From assembly GCA_964247055.1 (NCBI GenBank), contig OZ176050.1:2418001-2482000 (forward strand): a stretch of 64,000 nucleotides of DNA. The letters are read 5' to 3'. The notes under the pieces are model-generated. The model did no database searches. It saw only the letters and a program-made list of their open reading frames with translations, and was not told the origin of the DNA. Of the stretch, positions 1-14,000 are shown piece after piece (position 1 is the stretch's first letter; each line of letters starts with the position of its first letter). This stretch comes from Paragordius varius (lineage: Eukaryota; Animalia; Nematomorpha). Made by a program: the position numbers and the translations under genes.

Positions 1-183
1 ATCCAGTATTAATTTTTATACTGGCTGGTAAAATATGGGGTCGAGGGTTCTTTAACCCCAAATTTAGGAAAAAATGCTTGCGCTAGAACTTATTAAAAAC
101 ATTATCTTTTTAAATGCTTATTACAAAAGAAATATTAATAATTATAAAAAAGCTAAAAGATGGAAAAATAAAATATAATTTAC

Positions 184-3063
184 TTGCGGCAATCCTTTTT
201 GCGTAAGTGCCGAACATTCCATATAATTTATGGCATGTAATCGTTGGGCCAACTTAAGCCCTTGTTCTTTCCTTACGGGTTCTTTCCCTTGGTGTGACAA
301 ATTTTCCAATATTTCAGCGTTTTCACGTAAATCTGTTTTAGTTCCTACATGCATATATAATAGCATAAAGGTTAAAAGTTAATTATTTCAATACAACATT
401 TTTAAATTAAGGCGTATTCGATTAAACTTAGCAAAACTTTTATAATTCTCATTAAATATTCTTGAAAATGAACGTGTTTTAAACATACCAGAATACATCA
501 TACATTTATTACGAAAAAAACCAATATTTATTTTTCTCTTGTATATATAATCGATATTTGCAAAAATATAAAATTCATATATGGGCGTATGCACTGTAAA
601 AATTATTAGAAAATTTAAAATATAATAAAATGACATCCAATAACTTTTATAGATATTAGCATAATTAATCCAAAATTATGGATTATGTATGTAGTGATTT
701 TCTTTTTTGCCTGTTTCTAAACGTTGAAAATGACTAAAGGCAATTCGAATTAATTATAAAAGTTAATAAAATGCGCTGTATATTAATCAAAAAAAATGTT
801 AACTTTAAAACATTTATATTAATTTATTCATTCTAAAATATATATAATAATTTATTTAAAATGAAAAAACTTTAAAAGAAAATAAAATCTAAATTATACC
901 GACAATAAGTATTGGTACATGCGGACAATGGTGACGGATTTCAGGGACCCATTTGGTGGAAACATTGTCGAACGAGGAAGGACTCACAACGCTAAAGCAC
1001 ACGATAAACACATCCGTCTAACAATCATATATATATATATAAATTTTAAGAATTGATTTTTAAATAGTAATATATATTATATAAAATTGTAAGAAAGCGA
1101 ACAAATGCCGCAAAATTTTTGGATATATCTGTATATCATTGATGTAAATCTTAGAAATCGCCTTTACACTTTTTGTGAGGTAATTAAATAAAAAATTGTC
1201 CCTCATAATTTAAAATTAGCGGACTAACGCCATATAATAAATAAATGCAATTATTCGATATGCAAAATTTTAATTTTATAACTAAATTTTCAAAACATAT
1301 TTTCAAAAATATGGAGGTGTATAATTAATAATTGAGATACTTTAACAAGCATTTATTGTGATGCTAAATTTGGCAGGTAACAGAATATCTGACAAGTATT
1401 TTAAAATAAATTTAAGTGATATTGCTAATCAAACTGTATATAAGCTTATACAAAGAGTCAGCAGGATTTTTATGCATATATCTAGAAATTTATATTGGTT
1501 TACAAAATTGCCAGGAATACGATCCCTTACCCATAATCGACTTATAGTTATAAAAAATAAAATAAAAAAATAAGTGTATTTAGTTTTTTATTTCCTTTTT
1601 AGAGAGTCTGACCCCGAATATTTCAGGTTTCAAAAACTAGTATTTACATACTTTATCTAAATATATGAGTCACTCAAAACATATAAACAAAGAAGTCATA
1701 AATTAGACACAACATGATTAAAAATTAAAACAAACTTCTTTTTCAACTTACTTGAGGATAAGAGAGTGGTCTCAATCTATCATAATCCTCTTGTCCAGCC
1801 GTGTCCCAAAGCCCAAGATTAATCGGTATATCGTCAACAATCATGGCTGCAGTGTAATTATCAAATCTAAATTCCATAAAATTGAAATTATTCACAAATT
1901 GAAGTTTCAAAATATTTTATTCACAAACAGAAAAAACCAGGTATTATTCTTATTTTTTAAAATGTAATTCTTTCGTTTTAATATATATCAAAATTAAAAA
2001 TGGTTATTTTGGAATTGTACTGAAAATTTTAGTTATTTTCTGTCAATGCTTTATTTTATAAGGTCTAATATTTATATATTGGACATTTTTTAGTTTTACA
2101 GGGGGAATAGAGAGAAAAAATCCATACTAATTAAAGTAATTGGGCAATGATGCAAAAAATTAAGCCTCTGATGAAAACATTTTGCAATTGTCATTAAGCT
2201 TTATACATTACATTGGATAACTAAATCTCAGGCAACTCTTATTTGCTAAGATAGAATCAATTGTTAAGAATAAATAAAAACGAAATTAATAGTTAAAAAG
2301 TGTTATGTTATATTAAATATTAAAAAATGAATAACCTAGATTAAAATTTAAAAATTGCTGGGACTAATTTTTTTCCCAAAAAATCTTTAAATTCATCTGC
2401 TGCGATATATCATACATAATAATAACTATTTTACTAAATTTAACCAAAAAAATATGCATCATTCATCAAGAATGTTTAATAGTTTAGTAATTATCACTTC
2501 ATAAAAAAACAAAAAAGAATATGAAGAAAACACGCAAAACAAATAATAAAGATGGGCAAAATTTAAAGATAAAAAATGCCAAAAGCGCAATTAGTAAGTA
2601 TGTTAAAAAACTTTAATTTTAAATAATATGTATTTTATAAAATACGTGATAAATTTATTTTTAATCCGATAGAACTAAATATATTTATGTAATTAAAAAC
2701 ATGTGTAAAAATAATATGTATTAGGAATACATAAATATTTAAAAGGAAGTATATAATTGATTTATAGGTTATTGAGATATAAAACCGTTTTTTTCAATAT
2801 ACATATATATATATATAAATAAGTTTAATGATATAATTTGTTTCGGTGTTGATAAAACAAAATAAAAATACAGGCATATCATAAAATTGCTCTAATAAAA
2901 AATTTATACCAAAAAATAATAAGTTTTGGATATATTTAAAATCTTACACCGTAGGAACGTATTCAAAGGGAAAAGAATCAGATGTGTATGATATTAGCAT
3001 GCAGGTTTTCCCCACTGTGCCATCCCCAACTACCACACATTTTATGGGCTTTCCCGTATGCAT
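184..3063 (-). CDS. Mtl: Rho-family GTPase of the Mtl/Mig-2 (RhoG-like) group; 3' exon lies outside the window
   Basis: Exons 3063-2948, 1866-1752, 1017-900 and 344-184, all GT-AG, total 510 nt in frame. They read [27 protein letters not shown]...PTVFDNY...[24 protein letters not shown]...GTKTDLR...[14 protein letters not shown]. The GDGTVGKT P-loop and MxTGxPIKC start are typical of Mtl/Mig-2. Confidence 0.92.
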
Positions 3064-3289
3064 AACTGTAATTTTGTTATCAAGTTTATCGCCTTTCCGT
3101 CTATATTTTATATTAATTAGAGTTTTTACAAAAAGTGGGTATCCTTGCTAACAGACCCATTTCGATGGTTCATGCGGTGTCAGAATAAAAAATGCGTTCC
3201 ATATGAAATAATGGTAGTAATGAAAGATAGAATACCAAATAAATACAAATGGTTCACACACATTTTGCTGAATAATATTTGTTGATGGA

Positions 3290-4720
3290 AGCTTAAAGTA
3301 TCCAAAAATCACTAAAATATACTATTTATAAAAAGCTAATAAAATGATATTGAAATATTAAATTATAAATACAAGATCGGCAAATCTTAATTTTTGTACC
3401 CGTTTAAAAGGCGATTGCTAGCAATTCGATTCGAATTTAGGTAAAAAATGCCTAAAGACTATGTTTAGATCATATTTTCCAAAAACTAGTGATAGGGACA
3501 ATACCAATTTATGATTTATCCTAAAAGTAACATAAACACATAGTGTTCACAAAAATAATAAACTTATGAAATATATATTCCGATAGAAAAAGGTATCACG
3601 ATCATCACGGTGCTTTTGGTAAAGGCCCCTACGAGTTAAAAAGTAATTTACATTTTTAGGGTAAGGGATCAAATCGGATAATAGCAAAATTTGATATTTT
3701 TTTAAATTTATCTGAGCGCTAGAGGCTTACTTCCAGAGAATACATATCATATGCTATATATAAACAGTAAAAAAAAATTCAAAAACATTTATTTTTATAT
3801 GTGAGTTTAAGTTTTTTTGTTAGTTTTAAATGGCTATCCTCTTAACACATTCCATTATTAGTAGTTTTATATCCCAGAGCGGTTCGCAATAATCTTAAGT
3901 TTTGTAATTATTAAGCCAATTTTAAATATGGTTTCTTTAGCCTTTTAGGCGCATTATAAATTTTTTTTAAAAATTTAAAAAAACCCTTATCTCAATTTTG
4001 CCACTATTTTTTCTATAAATTTCAGGCCAATAAATGTGTATAATGGTATATTCAATAATTATCTATAAAATTCAGGCTACATTTTAATAACAAAATATAT
4101 ATTTTGATTTTAGATCAGTTGTTCGCTTGAAAGTGTTTTGGAGTTGTCTAAAAGCCACATAACTGTAAAAAACTTATGCTTTTTTATTATATACATTTGA
4201 TTAATGATAAATAAAATTGTAACTTAATCAACTTTCAAAATTGTAGTTTATTTACATTGAGCTATGGAATTTGACAACCCCAAAAGAGGACAAATGACAA
4301 AAATAATTAAGTGCTAGAATAAATGCAAAAATGCAGAGATTACGCGGAAAAAATTGCATGCTAAATTTTGGTACTAAAATATTTACAAAAAATTTCAAAT
4401 ATTCAATTTTTAGCAAATATATTTGAAGCGTATTTTATACAATTTGAGGGCATGATAGAAACGATAATGAAAACGCCTTACAATACAAAAATACTTTATC
4501 CATATAAAACTGAGTTCAAAATAGGAAGATAAAATGGTGAAATATTCTGATAGGAAAATGTATAAATATTATCATGGTGCTTTTGATGTTGGCCCTTACG
4601 AATGATTTAAAAAAATTATTTACGCTTACACAGACAAAAAAATAACCTGATAAAATATCTATATTCCGATAAGAAAATGTATAAGGATTATTATGGTGGC
4701 TTTGCCCCTTGCTGATTTGA
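3290..4720. repeat. Degenerate dispersed repeat (old TE family), related to 32960-33560 and 7200-7480
   Basis: Recurring motifs GATAGGAAAA..TATCA..GGTGCTTTTG..GGCCCT(T)AC at ~3580, ~4550, ~4670 and ~32980, and CGCTAGAGGCTT at ~3717 and ~33077. Boundaries are approximate. Confidence 0.4.
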
Positions 4721-5534
4721 GAAATTTATTTGCACTTTTTGGTGAGTCTATATCATAAAATGGTCGAGAATGCGCCGAACTCTTACGCTGTGTGCCAGAG
4801 TTCGACCCCAAAACTAAACAATTTTTCCATCATTACCATCAGTCCTATGGCAAGTATTAAAGCTTCTTCAAGTCCGGATACAGCTTCACTCTTAAAATTA
4901 GAAGGAAATAGGAGACTCTAAGCTTGATATTTATATTGTAAGAATACTAGCCCATTTTGCGAAAGCGAAAAAATTTGGGACTTTTGATGTCCAATCTAAA
5001 ATTAAAATCTTATTTTTTTCCTTTTTATATGTAATTTATGTAATATTTTTGTGCTAGTTTTTGGGATGCATTAAACTTTTTAAAAAAAATTATTCCTGAA
5101 AATATGCGCAAATTTTGCCATTTTGTGATATAGAGCAGTTACCAAAAAATGTAAACTTTCTTAAATCACGCTAAAAGCTCAAAACCAAACCATGATAATC
5201 CTGATAAAATTTTCTTTCAGAATATATTTAATGATTTTTTTTACCCCCAGATTTTAAACGCAGTGTTATGTTGTAATGCTCCATGTCAAAATAAAGCAAA
5301 ATTTGCATACATTTATTTAATAATATTTTTTTATGAAAGCTAAATGCTTAATTTCAAAAAATTTACAAATATATATCAAATATACCTATAAAAAGCAACA
5401 AAATTTTTAAATATTCTAATATGTTTGTTCTGAAAGTCTCAAATTTTTTTGCTCTTATAAAATGACCGATTCCTCTTAAAATCAAAACATTGTCGGGATT
5501 GCGCGATAAATAATTTTAATATATGTTATTTTAA

Positions 5535-6056
5535 CACTTGGATACACATTAATCTCGGTCCTTCGATTAAATTGGGGTGGTTGAATACCCTAGGCCTGTT
5601 TAAAATTAAACTATTTAAAAAATATGGAAGGAATTGAAACCATGGCAGATTGCGCTGATATAACATTTATAAACCGAAATATATAAAAAATATTCAAATA
5701 CTTGATATTACTTATTTTAAGCTAAAACCGAAAGGTAAAAATTTAGTGTGACACGTGGGCAATTATCATATCTAAAAATCATGCAAAACACTTTTTCTAT
5801 TTCTAACAATGTTAGATGTAATTTAAATAAAAAATTAGTTTAAATACCCTTGAAATTAAATGAAGACGATATTTTGCAAAATGGCGTCGAAGACATGGAA
5901 CTTTTTTTAACAAAATTTTATCAAGATATTTTGGCGTATTCACATAATTTTTATTAAAAAGATAAATTTCAATTGGGACCGGATACTCAGTAGTTTTTAA
6001 AAAATCATAAGTTAAATTTAGTCTGGGGTATTTATACCCCAATTTGAATCGAAATG
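5535..6056. mobile_element. piggyBac-type MITE, copy 1 (degenerate right end)
   Basis: TTAA|CACT left end, subterminal TCGATTAAATTGGGG ... CCCCAATTTGAATCGA inverted repeat, right end AATG|TTGA. Homologous throughout to 34149-34703 and 44567-45098. Confidence 0.7.
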
Positions 6057-6124
6057 TTGATAGCAAAAAATATTATTTAAAATATGCAATTTATTTTATT
6101 CAAAAATCAATTTTTAGCAAAAAC

Positions 6125-7063
6125 TATCCACATATGTGGAATTTTTCAAAACATTACTTAACAGCTATGATCGCATAGGAATTTTAAAACGGTGCATTCA
6201 TACTAATATATTGTTTAATTGGGGGGAAAAATAGATTCTAAAAATTATTTTTGTGGATTTTGTTTTTTTTAAAAAAATGGCAAATTACGGGGGAAGCAGG
6301 TAAAAAGAGGGCATAGATTTAAAAAAGCGAGCCGACTATGTTCGGCTCAATCAAAAATAAGTAAAAAACCCATATGATATTTAATCCAACACGTTCTTCG
6401 AAATTGTCTCAAAGACACGATTATGGACTTATTTTCAAAAAAAAACCTGTTTTTCACACGCAGTGGGCATTGTCGGGGCATTCATTAATAATTATATTTT
6501 TTAGATATTGGATTTGAATGGGTCTACCGGTTTTCCGGAATCAGATCATTAAAGCCACATGACGGATCAGTTTTTAGCGATAGCTCCTTACCCAGCAGCT
6601 ATCATCAAAGAAATGCTTGACTAAAATTTGTGCCTTTTAACAGGGATTACATGGAATCCCTTGGCTAAAAATAGAATCAAAAAATTATTTTTGTGGACTT
6701 TGTTTTTTAGAAAAAATGGCAGTTTACGGGGGGAGAGGGTAAAAAAAAGGCTAAATTAATAATGCAAGCCGACTATGTTCGGCGTAATAGAAAATAAGTA
6801 AACAAAAATCATATTGAAATTGAATGCTCCAACACGTCTTCGGAAAATTGAAAGACACGATTTTTGTGGGCTTGTTTTCAAAAAAAAACTTGTTTTTCAC
6901 ACGGAGTGGACCCGAACTGGGGGCATATTTCAAAAAAATGGCGAAGCTAGTCGGGGCATTCATTAATGATTATATTTTTTCGATGTTTGGATTTGAATGG
7001 GTCTACCGGTTTTCCGGAAATAGATCACAAAGCGACCACTTTCCATTTTTTTAAATATATAGA
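6125..7063 (-). mobile_element. Non-autonomous Helitron copy (internally deleted, about two repeat units)
   Basis: The minus strand begins A|TCTATATATTTAAAAAAATGG at 7063. The interior matches the ~470 bp unit of the 49.6-55.7 kb array, and 6125-6220 matches subterminal sequence at 63680-63800. Confidence 0.75.
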
Positions 7064-8097
7064 TCAAAGTCTTTGTTAATGCTTAAAACTGTATATTTAA
7101 TAATTTATGGCTAATTAACCTGTTTAAATTGGGTAGATACAAATATTTTTTAGAAAAACTCTGCTAATATTTTTGAACAATTGGTAAAATAAATTGTGTT
7201 TTTTTATAAAAATTCACCAAATTTTTAGGAAAATTAACATTTAATTGAAATTCTGAAAGCGGTAGAATTGTTCAGCATCATCAAATTATATAGAAATGTT
7301 TTTATAATAAAATAAAGCTTTTTTACCGTTTTCATCATGAGTAGGAAGAAAGCTTAATTTTGATAAAAATTAAATTTAAAAATGTATGCTGTTTTAAGAT
7401 ACATTTTGAGTAGTTAACAAAATTTGTCTTGTATTAAAAATTTTTATCCAGCGATTTCATCATTTTAAGAAAATAAGCCATTTTATAAGACTGATAATAT
7501 TTTGGACCTTCAAAATCCAAATAAATAAAAAATTATTAAAAATATTGTTTTGTTTTTTAGTTGGATTCATAATTTTAAGGATTTTTTTAAAATATTGCTT
7601 TTAGCAAAAAAATTTGTTTAACAAATATGAGCAAATTTGTTTTTGATATGAAGCACTCATCAACAAAGTGTAAATTACTTTCTTACATAACTCGCATGGG
7701 TAAAAACCAAAAGCCTAATATAATCCTGATTTTTATATTATATATATATATATATTTCACCAGGATATTTTTTATACTACGACGCAGTTTTATCGCGCAG
7801 TCACGGATTTATAATTTTATTTATAAATCTTGCTTGCTTTGATAATAAAATCGTTAATTCCGCCCTCTTTGCGATTTTTTGATTAGTGGTTATCACAAGG
7901 ATGTATCTAAGAAAATCTAAATTCGTATATTTTTTTATGTAGAATGCATTATTTACGATTTGATTTACTTTTAAAAAACGTTATGAATTTGGCCAAGCTA
8001 TTTAAAACATTTTGAAAAGGCGCCTCTTTTTAATATACAACATATGTTACACTAAATCCATCGTTCGGCGCTAATTTAAATTTTTAAAATTTAGCGC

Positions 8098-11000
8098 ATG
8101 GACCCTTTAATTCAAGATGAATCAAAGGGTAAAATTGATTCGAAAGATCCCCCCAATAAATCTAATTCAAGATTTGATGTGCAAAGCATTGAAGAACAAA
8201 ATAGCGATTTGAATGTGTCCAGTTCACCAGAACACGCTGTAACATCCAAAAATACTTTATCTATTTCTCCGGATAATACATACACAAATGTTAGTTTCAA
8301 CGCTAATGACGAATATCATGGCAATAGCAGTAATCATTCCAATTCTGGTCCGGAAGATACAATAACTCCTTTACCAACAAAAATAGACAGTCCTAAATCG
8401 ACTAAAAGCAAACATGTTCATATGAATCAAGTTGAATTACTCCCTGGTATGGAAAAAAATAGGGAGAGTTATTCCAGGAAAAAAATTTCTACGTTCGAAA
8501 TGCTCCCTACCGCAGCTCATTACAAAAACATTTTTTCATTCAAGGAACGGGGCGGACGCCCAAGCCTATCTGAATTACATGGCACACGTTCTGTCGTAGA
8601 CGAGGAATATGGAACATCGGCTATTGAAGTTAATTTCTAAAAATATTTTATCATTTATAATCATAATTTTATAAATAATCATTAACTTTGAAACATTAAA
8701 TTTGTTTTGTAACCCAGTTATGGGGTTTACCTGAATCTATCCAAGCAAATTTAATATACTATAAACTTATTTGTAGTGTTGTTAATTAATTATAAAATAA
8801 TTGATATTTTTTCATTACCTTTCATATTTGTGATCAATAACTTTTTTCTATTGTGCTTAAATTGAACGTGTCTTTAGGCGTATAAATATAAAAATATTAA
8901 AATCAAATATATACTAATAATAAATAAGCTATATAAAAAAATTGGAATATATATTTGATAATTAGGAAAAAACGGTGGCTGCAATCGTTTCGGAAAAAGA
9001 AATGGGAATTTCCCAAGGCCCCAAATTTGGCTGGATCAAAGGAGTTTTGGTAAGACTTAGTAGTTATCGATCGACCAAATTCGCTCTTACTTTTGAATCG
9101 CATTATCAATTTTAATTCTTAAAAAAATAATTTTTCAACTAAAATAGCTACCCTTGTAATGTTAAGAAAAATATTATCAATTTTTCCATGAAAATACTCA
9201 TTACTGTTTTAATATTTATTTTGGAAAAGAGTTTGTAATAACTTGTTGAATGAGAAATATTTTCATGTAATAAATAATTTTCTGTTTTAAGATTCGATGT
9301 TTACTCAATATATGGGGCGTTATGCTGTTTTTGCGTTTGTCTTGGATGGTGGGTCAGGCTGGCATAGGTATTTCATTTTTTTATACAATAATTTTATTTT
9401 GGAGGTGGCCAATAGGCAGCCCTCTGAAACATTGTTTGCGGCCCGCGAAAAATTTGGAAATTTTTTATCAGCAAGTATCTGCTCATAAAATTTAAGTAAA
9501 ATTATTTTTATACAAATATTGTAAAAAGTCTATCCAATTGGTAACGAACTAATGATCGTTATTGTGTTTGTATTTTTCAGTCTGTCTGATGTTTAAAATC
9601 TAATAAATATTTATAAAAGCCCATATATATTACTAATGCGGCCCGCGAAGCGATTTGTGTTGGGCACTCCTGCTTTAAAGTATAATTTTAGTTAATAAGT
9701 CAATTAAATTATTATTAAATCTAAACCTTATATGTAAAAAGGCAAATATTTTAGTTATTTAATTTTATTTAATATTATAAGCTTTTAGGTTAGGAAAAAA
9801 GATAATCGTATAGGTTGTAAAGAAAAAATCAACTAAAATAAGCTATTCTATATAAAATATATTAGTCATTGTTCTGTCTTAATTTATATCTAAAAGTTCT
9901 CCAACATATTATAAGGTGAGGTGTGGTCAATTTTTGTAATATCCGGAAAATATTATACAAAATTATTACACCTAATTTCGTGTCTGTTGATAATAATAAT
10001 AAATTCAAAAATTGTTTATCATATTAACGTCATTTTCTGTCATTAGTTTCACAACTATTTATTTATATTTTAATAATAACCTTGACATCATGATCCTACG
10101 AAACGTAATAATTATTTATTTATTACTAAAAAAATATATTTTTTTTCTCGATATTTATAGTTTAAATAATAATATTTTGTAAGGAAAAAAAATGGTTTAA
10201 GGCTTTTTTGGACGTATAATCGCTTTCTCACTCACTCTCTTATTTGTACCGCAAAATATTTATTTTATTATAGAGATATGAATTGATTTATTTTTATTAT
10301 ATAAATGTGATTTGCTTAATTCATAATATAAATATATCATTTATTGTTACTTATTAGCTTTAAACGCCTTATATATATATTTATAAATATTTATAATCAA
10401 AATGTAATAGATTATTAAATTACACTATGTGTTTAAATAACAATTTGATCAAGTATGAAAAATAAAAATTAGTGCAAAGATTGATTAAAATACCTCGTTA
10501 TTTATTCATTTATTTTAAAAGTAAATCTATAATTAAGTTTATATGTTAAATGATTTTCTTATAACCACCTTTATATTGAAAATAGCACATTAATATTTTG
10601 AATAGGAAAATGTAAAATAACTAAACTTTATATTTTAAAAAAATATTTTTTTAGAAAAAATATATTTTTTTAGGTTTATCAACAGTGATTGTGATAATCT
10701 CAGATGTGGTTATTGTAATTACAGCAATGTCTATGGCTGCCATTTGTACGAACGGAGAAATTAAAGGAGGTTTAAACTCTCTTTCTTTTGTGTTTTAATC
10801 ACACCTTAATATTAATTGGATTTTTGAAAAAATATTATCCGCAAAGTCTAAACAATGATTTTACAAAATATTTGATATATAAATGGTGTTTAAGTTAGCC
10901 ACTATCTATATATACCATTTACAGTTCAAATCCACCCTCGAACAATTCAAATTCACCCTAAAAATAAATTATATGTTCTCGAACTAATATAACTCATTAT

Positions 11001-14000
11001 CAATATGAAATATATCTTTATGGCATAGTTTATTATTTTTTCAATATTATATTGATTTTAAACGTAATTTTATTTTTTAAAAATAGAAAAATATAGGTAA
11101 TTTTTAATCTTAAAAAACACATAATTTATTTGAGGGTGAATTTGAATTGTTTTAGGGTGGATTTGAACTGTAAATGGTATATTTACTATTTTCTTTAACT
11201 CTTTTTTTGACCAATAAATATCTAAAACTATAGGAGGTGCTTACTACATGTTATCACGGAGTTTGGGACCCGAATTTGGTGGAGCTATTGGAATTATTTT
11301 TTCAATGGCAAATGCTGTCAGCATGTCTATGAACGTGGTCGGTTTGTCCGAAACTATTGTTGATTTAATGCAAGTCAAACACACACCTACACTATTTTAT
11401 AATAATTTTTAGTTAATTTTGGTGAATTCGTAGATATTTTATGGGCGCTTTATTTATGAAAAAATGATATTTATGCGAAAAAAAGATTTAAATTTTTGTT
11501 TGGTTAGTGTTATAAAATAATTAAGATTTAAAATTTTAAATTTTCTCTTAGATTTTTGATAAATTAATCAGTTTATCGCCAATTTTTTGGTTAGTTTTTG
11601 TTTGTAACTAAATCGTCTTTCATATCTAAAGAATGGCTGAAATATATGAAATAATAATAAAATTTGTCCATTAAGGTCACAAATCTCTTATGACTTATAG
11701 TTTTTACTATATTTTTTTATTTATCCTTGGATCCTAAAAAATATATTTTAGACTTATTTAAAATTTTATTAATACAATAAAATAATGCGTAAATTTAAAA
11801 GGATTTTTTATTTTTTTATAGAGATATAGCGGTTCTACCCATGGAATTAGTGCAGTTAATTGGGTCAGAATTATTGGTGTTTTAGTTGCTTTCCTTTTGC
11901 TCGGAATAGTTATGGCTGGATTGGAATGGGAAACTAAGGTATCATTACTAGTTATAAATGCTTAAAAATTATTTAGATATATTATTTTTTAATAAATTCG
12001 CATACCACGAATTAAATTAAATGAAAATACAGTGTATTTGTTTATAAAAAACAATTTTTTTAACTTTATTTTTTTATATTATCTCATTGGGTAGCGAAAT
12101 AAGGATTAGAGATGAAAAATGCTTTTGTTTATAAAAGATTTCCTTTTTTAATTAAAAAAAACTATTTTAAATATTATTTAAACAATTCACATACAAATTT
12201 CAATTTCACAAAAGGCACAAATGGGTTTCTTAGTCCTGCTATTGGCTTCTTTCGCAAGTTATTTTGTTGGAACATTCCTCAGACCATCGCTAATTAAACG
12301 CGCCCGAGGTGTCATCGGATATAATAGTATTAAAATAAATTTTTTTGATACGTAAATTTACAAAATTGGTTATTAATAAATATTCAAATTAAATTATTTA
12401 ATTTCTATGCCTTTTTACGAAATATTAATTTTGTTATTTATGTAACTTAACAATTACATTTATATGTATATTAAAAGGTCGATTATTCCGTGAAAACTTT
12501 AGGCCTGCATTCAAAGGCGAAACATTCTTTTCAGTTTTTGCGATTTTCTTTCCATCATTTACCGGGTTTTTGGCTGGTTGTAACATATCAGGCGATCTTA
12601 AGGTAAAATTTATAGTTTCTTATTTTAATATTTATTATGATATAAAGAAGTTAATCCTCCTTTGTGAAATGCCTTTGAATAATGTTTATGAGGCAAAAAC
12701 CGTTTTTTATTAATAGCAATTATTTATTCATATAAAAATATATTTTTATAAGATATATCTGTGATTAAATTAGTAAATATCAAAAAAACTTGTTTGATAA
12801 TTTTAACCCCCCTAAACCTTATTAAACTTGAAAGCGCATAATTTTATATCCCCTATATAAGTATTTTTCACTATTGCATTATTTTATTTTAACGGCAACA
12901 GTAGTTAATATATAGCTTAACAATAAATATCCTGTTTTTTTGTCAAATTTTATCCTCAGACCCATATTTTTTACCTATAAAGATGAGGTTTTAGATGCAT
13001 ATAATAATTAATCTTACTATCAAATTTAATAAGAATGCTCAAGTAGCCATACCCAAAGGCACATTTTGGGCCATTTTCATTACATCCCTGTCGTATTTGT
13101 TAATGGCATGGGCTTTTGGTTTCACCATTTTACGTCAAGCTACAGGAAATATAAATGATCTTTTTGTCAATCGAAATGCTTCCTCAGGGCCGCAAAATCT
13201 ACTCCCCACATCTCAAATAATTTTACCAAATAGTGCTTTAAGATCGTGCACAGGTTTTTCCACAAATGGAAATGGCACATCTACCTGTAAATATGGACTA
13301 ATTAATGATTATCAGGTATGTGAAAGTGGATATATATAGCATTTTTTGGAATAATTTAAATTTACATTTAGTATTTTACTGGATATGGCTTGGTTTGCTT
13401 TAATTTTTTGTAGTGTTTGTATTTAATAAAAACGGTAGAGACTTTATATATGTTATCAAAATTTATCACTCTGAGATTCAAATGGAAATATCTTTGTAAT
13501 ACTTAAATAGAAAAGATTTGTAATTTTAAGTTAATAAGATAAACTCATTTTACATAGACCTAAAAGCGTATTTTATCGTTAATTATTTTACTGATAATAT
13601 TTAATTAAATTTAATAATATTTGAGTCAAGATTAATTTAAAACCAACATTATTGGTTTTAATTATTTTTAAAATAGCTTTTTTGTAGTAAAAACAAAATT
13701 ATACAGATAAAACTTAACAAATGTTTTTTTTTAAAAAAAACACAACCTTAACCTACAATTTTTCCACATAAAGTAATTATTTAACAATTTAAATTACAAA
13801 TAGAGTCGAATAACAATTTAGGTTTTCCTGTTAGTTTCAAAAAATGGTTCCTTTTTAATAAAAATATTTTTGTTTTAACAATTAAACTATATTTATTAGG
13901 CTGCAGAACTACAATCCGCATTTGGTCCTCTTATAACGATTGGTATTTTTGCTGCTTGTTTATCTTCTGCTATCGCTTCCCTTGAAGGGGCTGCCAAAGT

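Noticed and set aside
4730-4960. 63 aa ORF in a GC-richer patch
   Set aside because: It has a non-ATG start, stops in all extended frames and no motif. It is probably a TE remnant.
8112-8300. Antisense ORFs over real exons (also 19010-19456, 35649-35897, 43150-43450, 60142-60835)
   Set aside because: They are shadows of well-supported coding exons on the opposite strand or in another frame.
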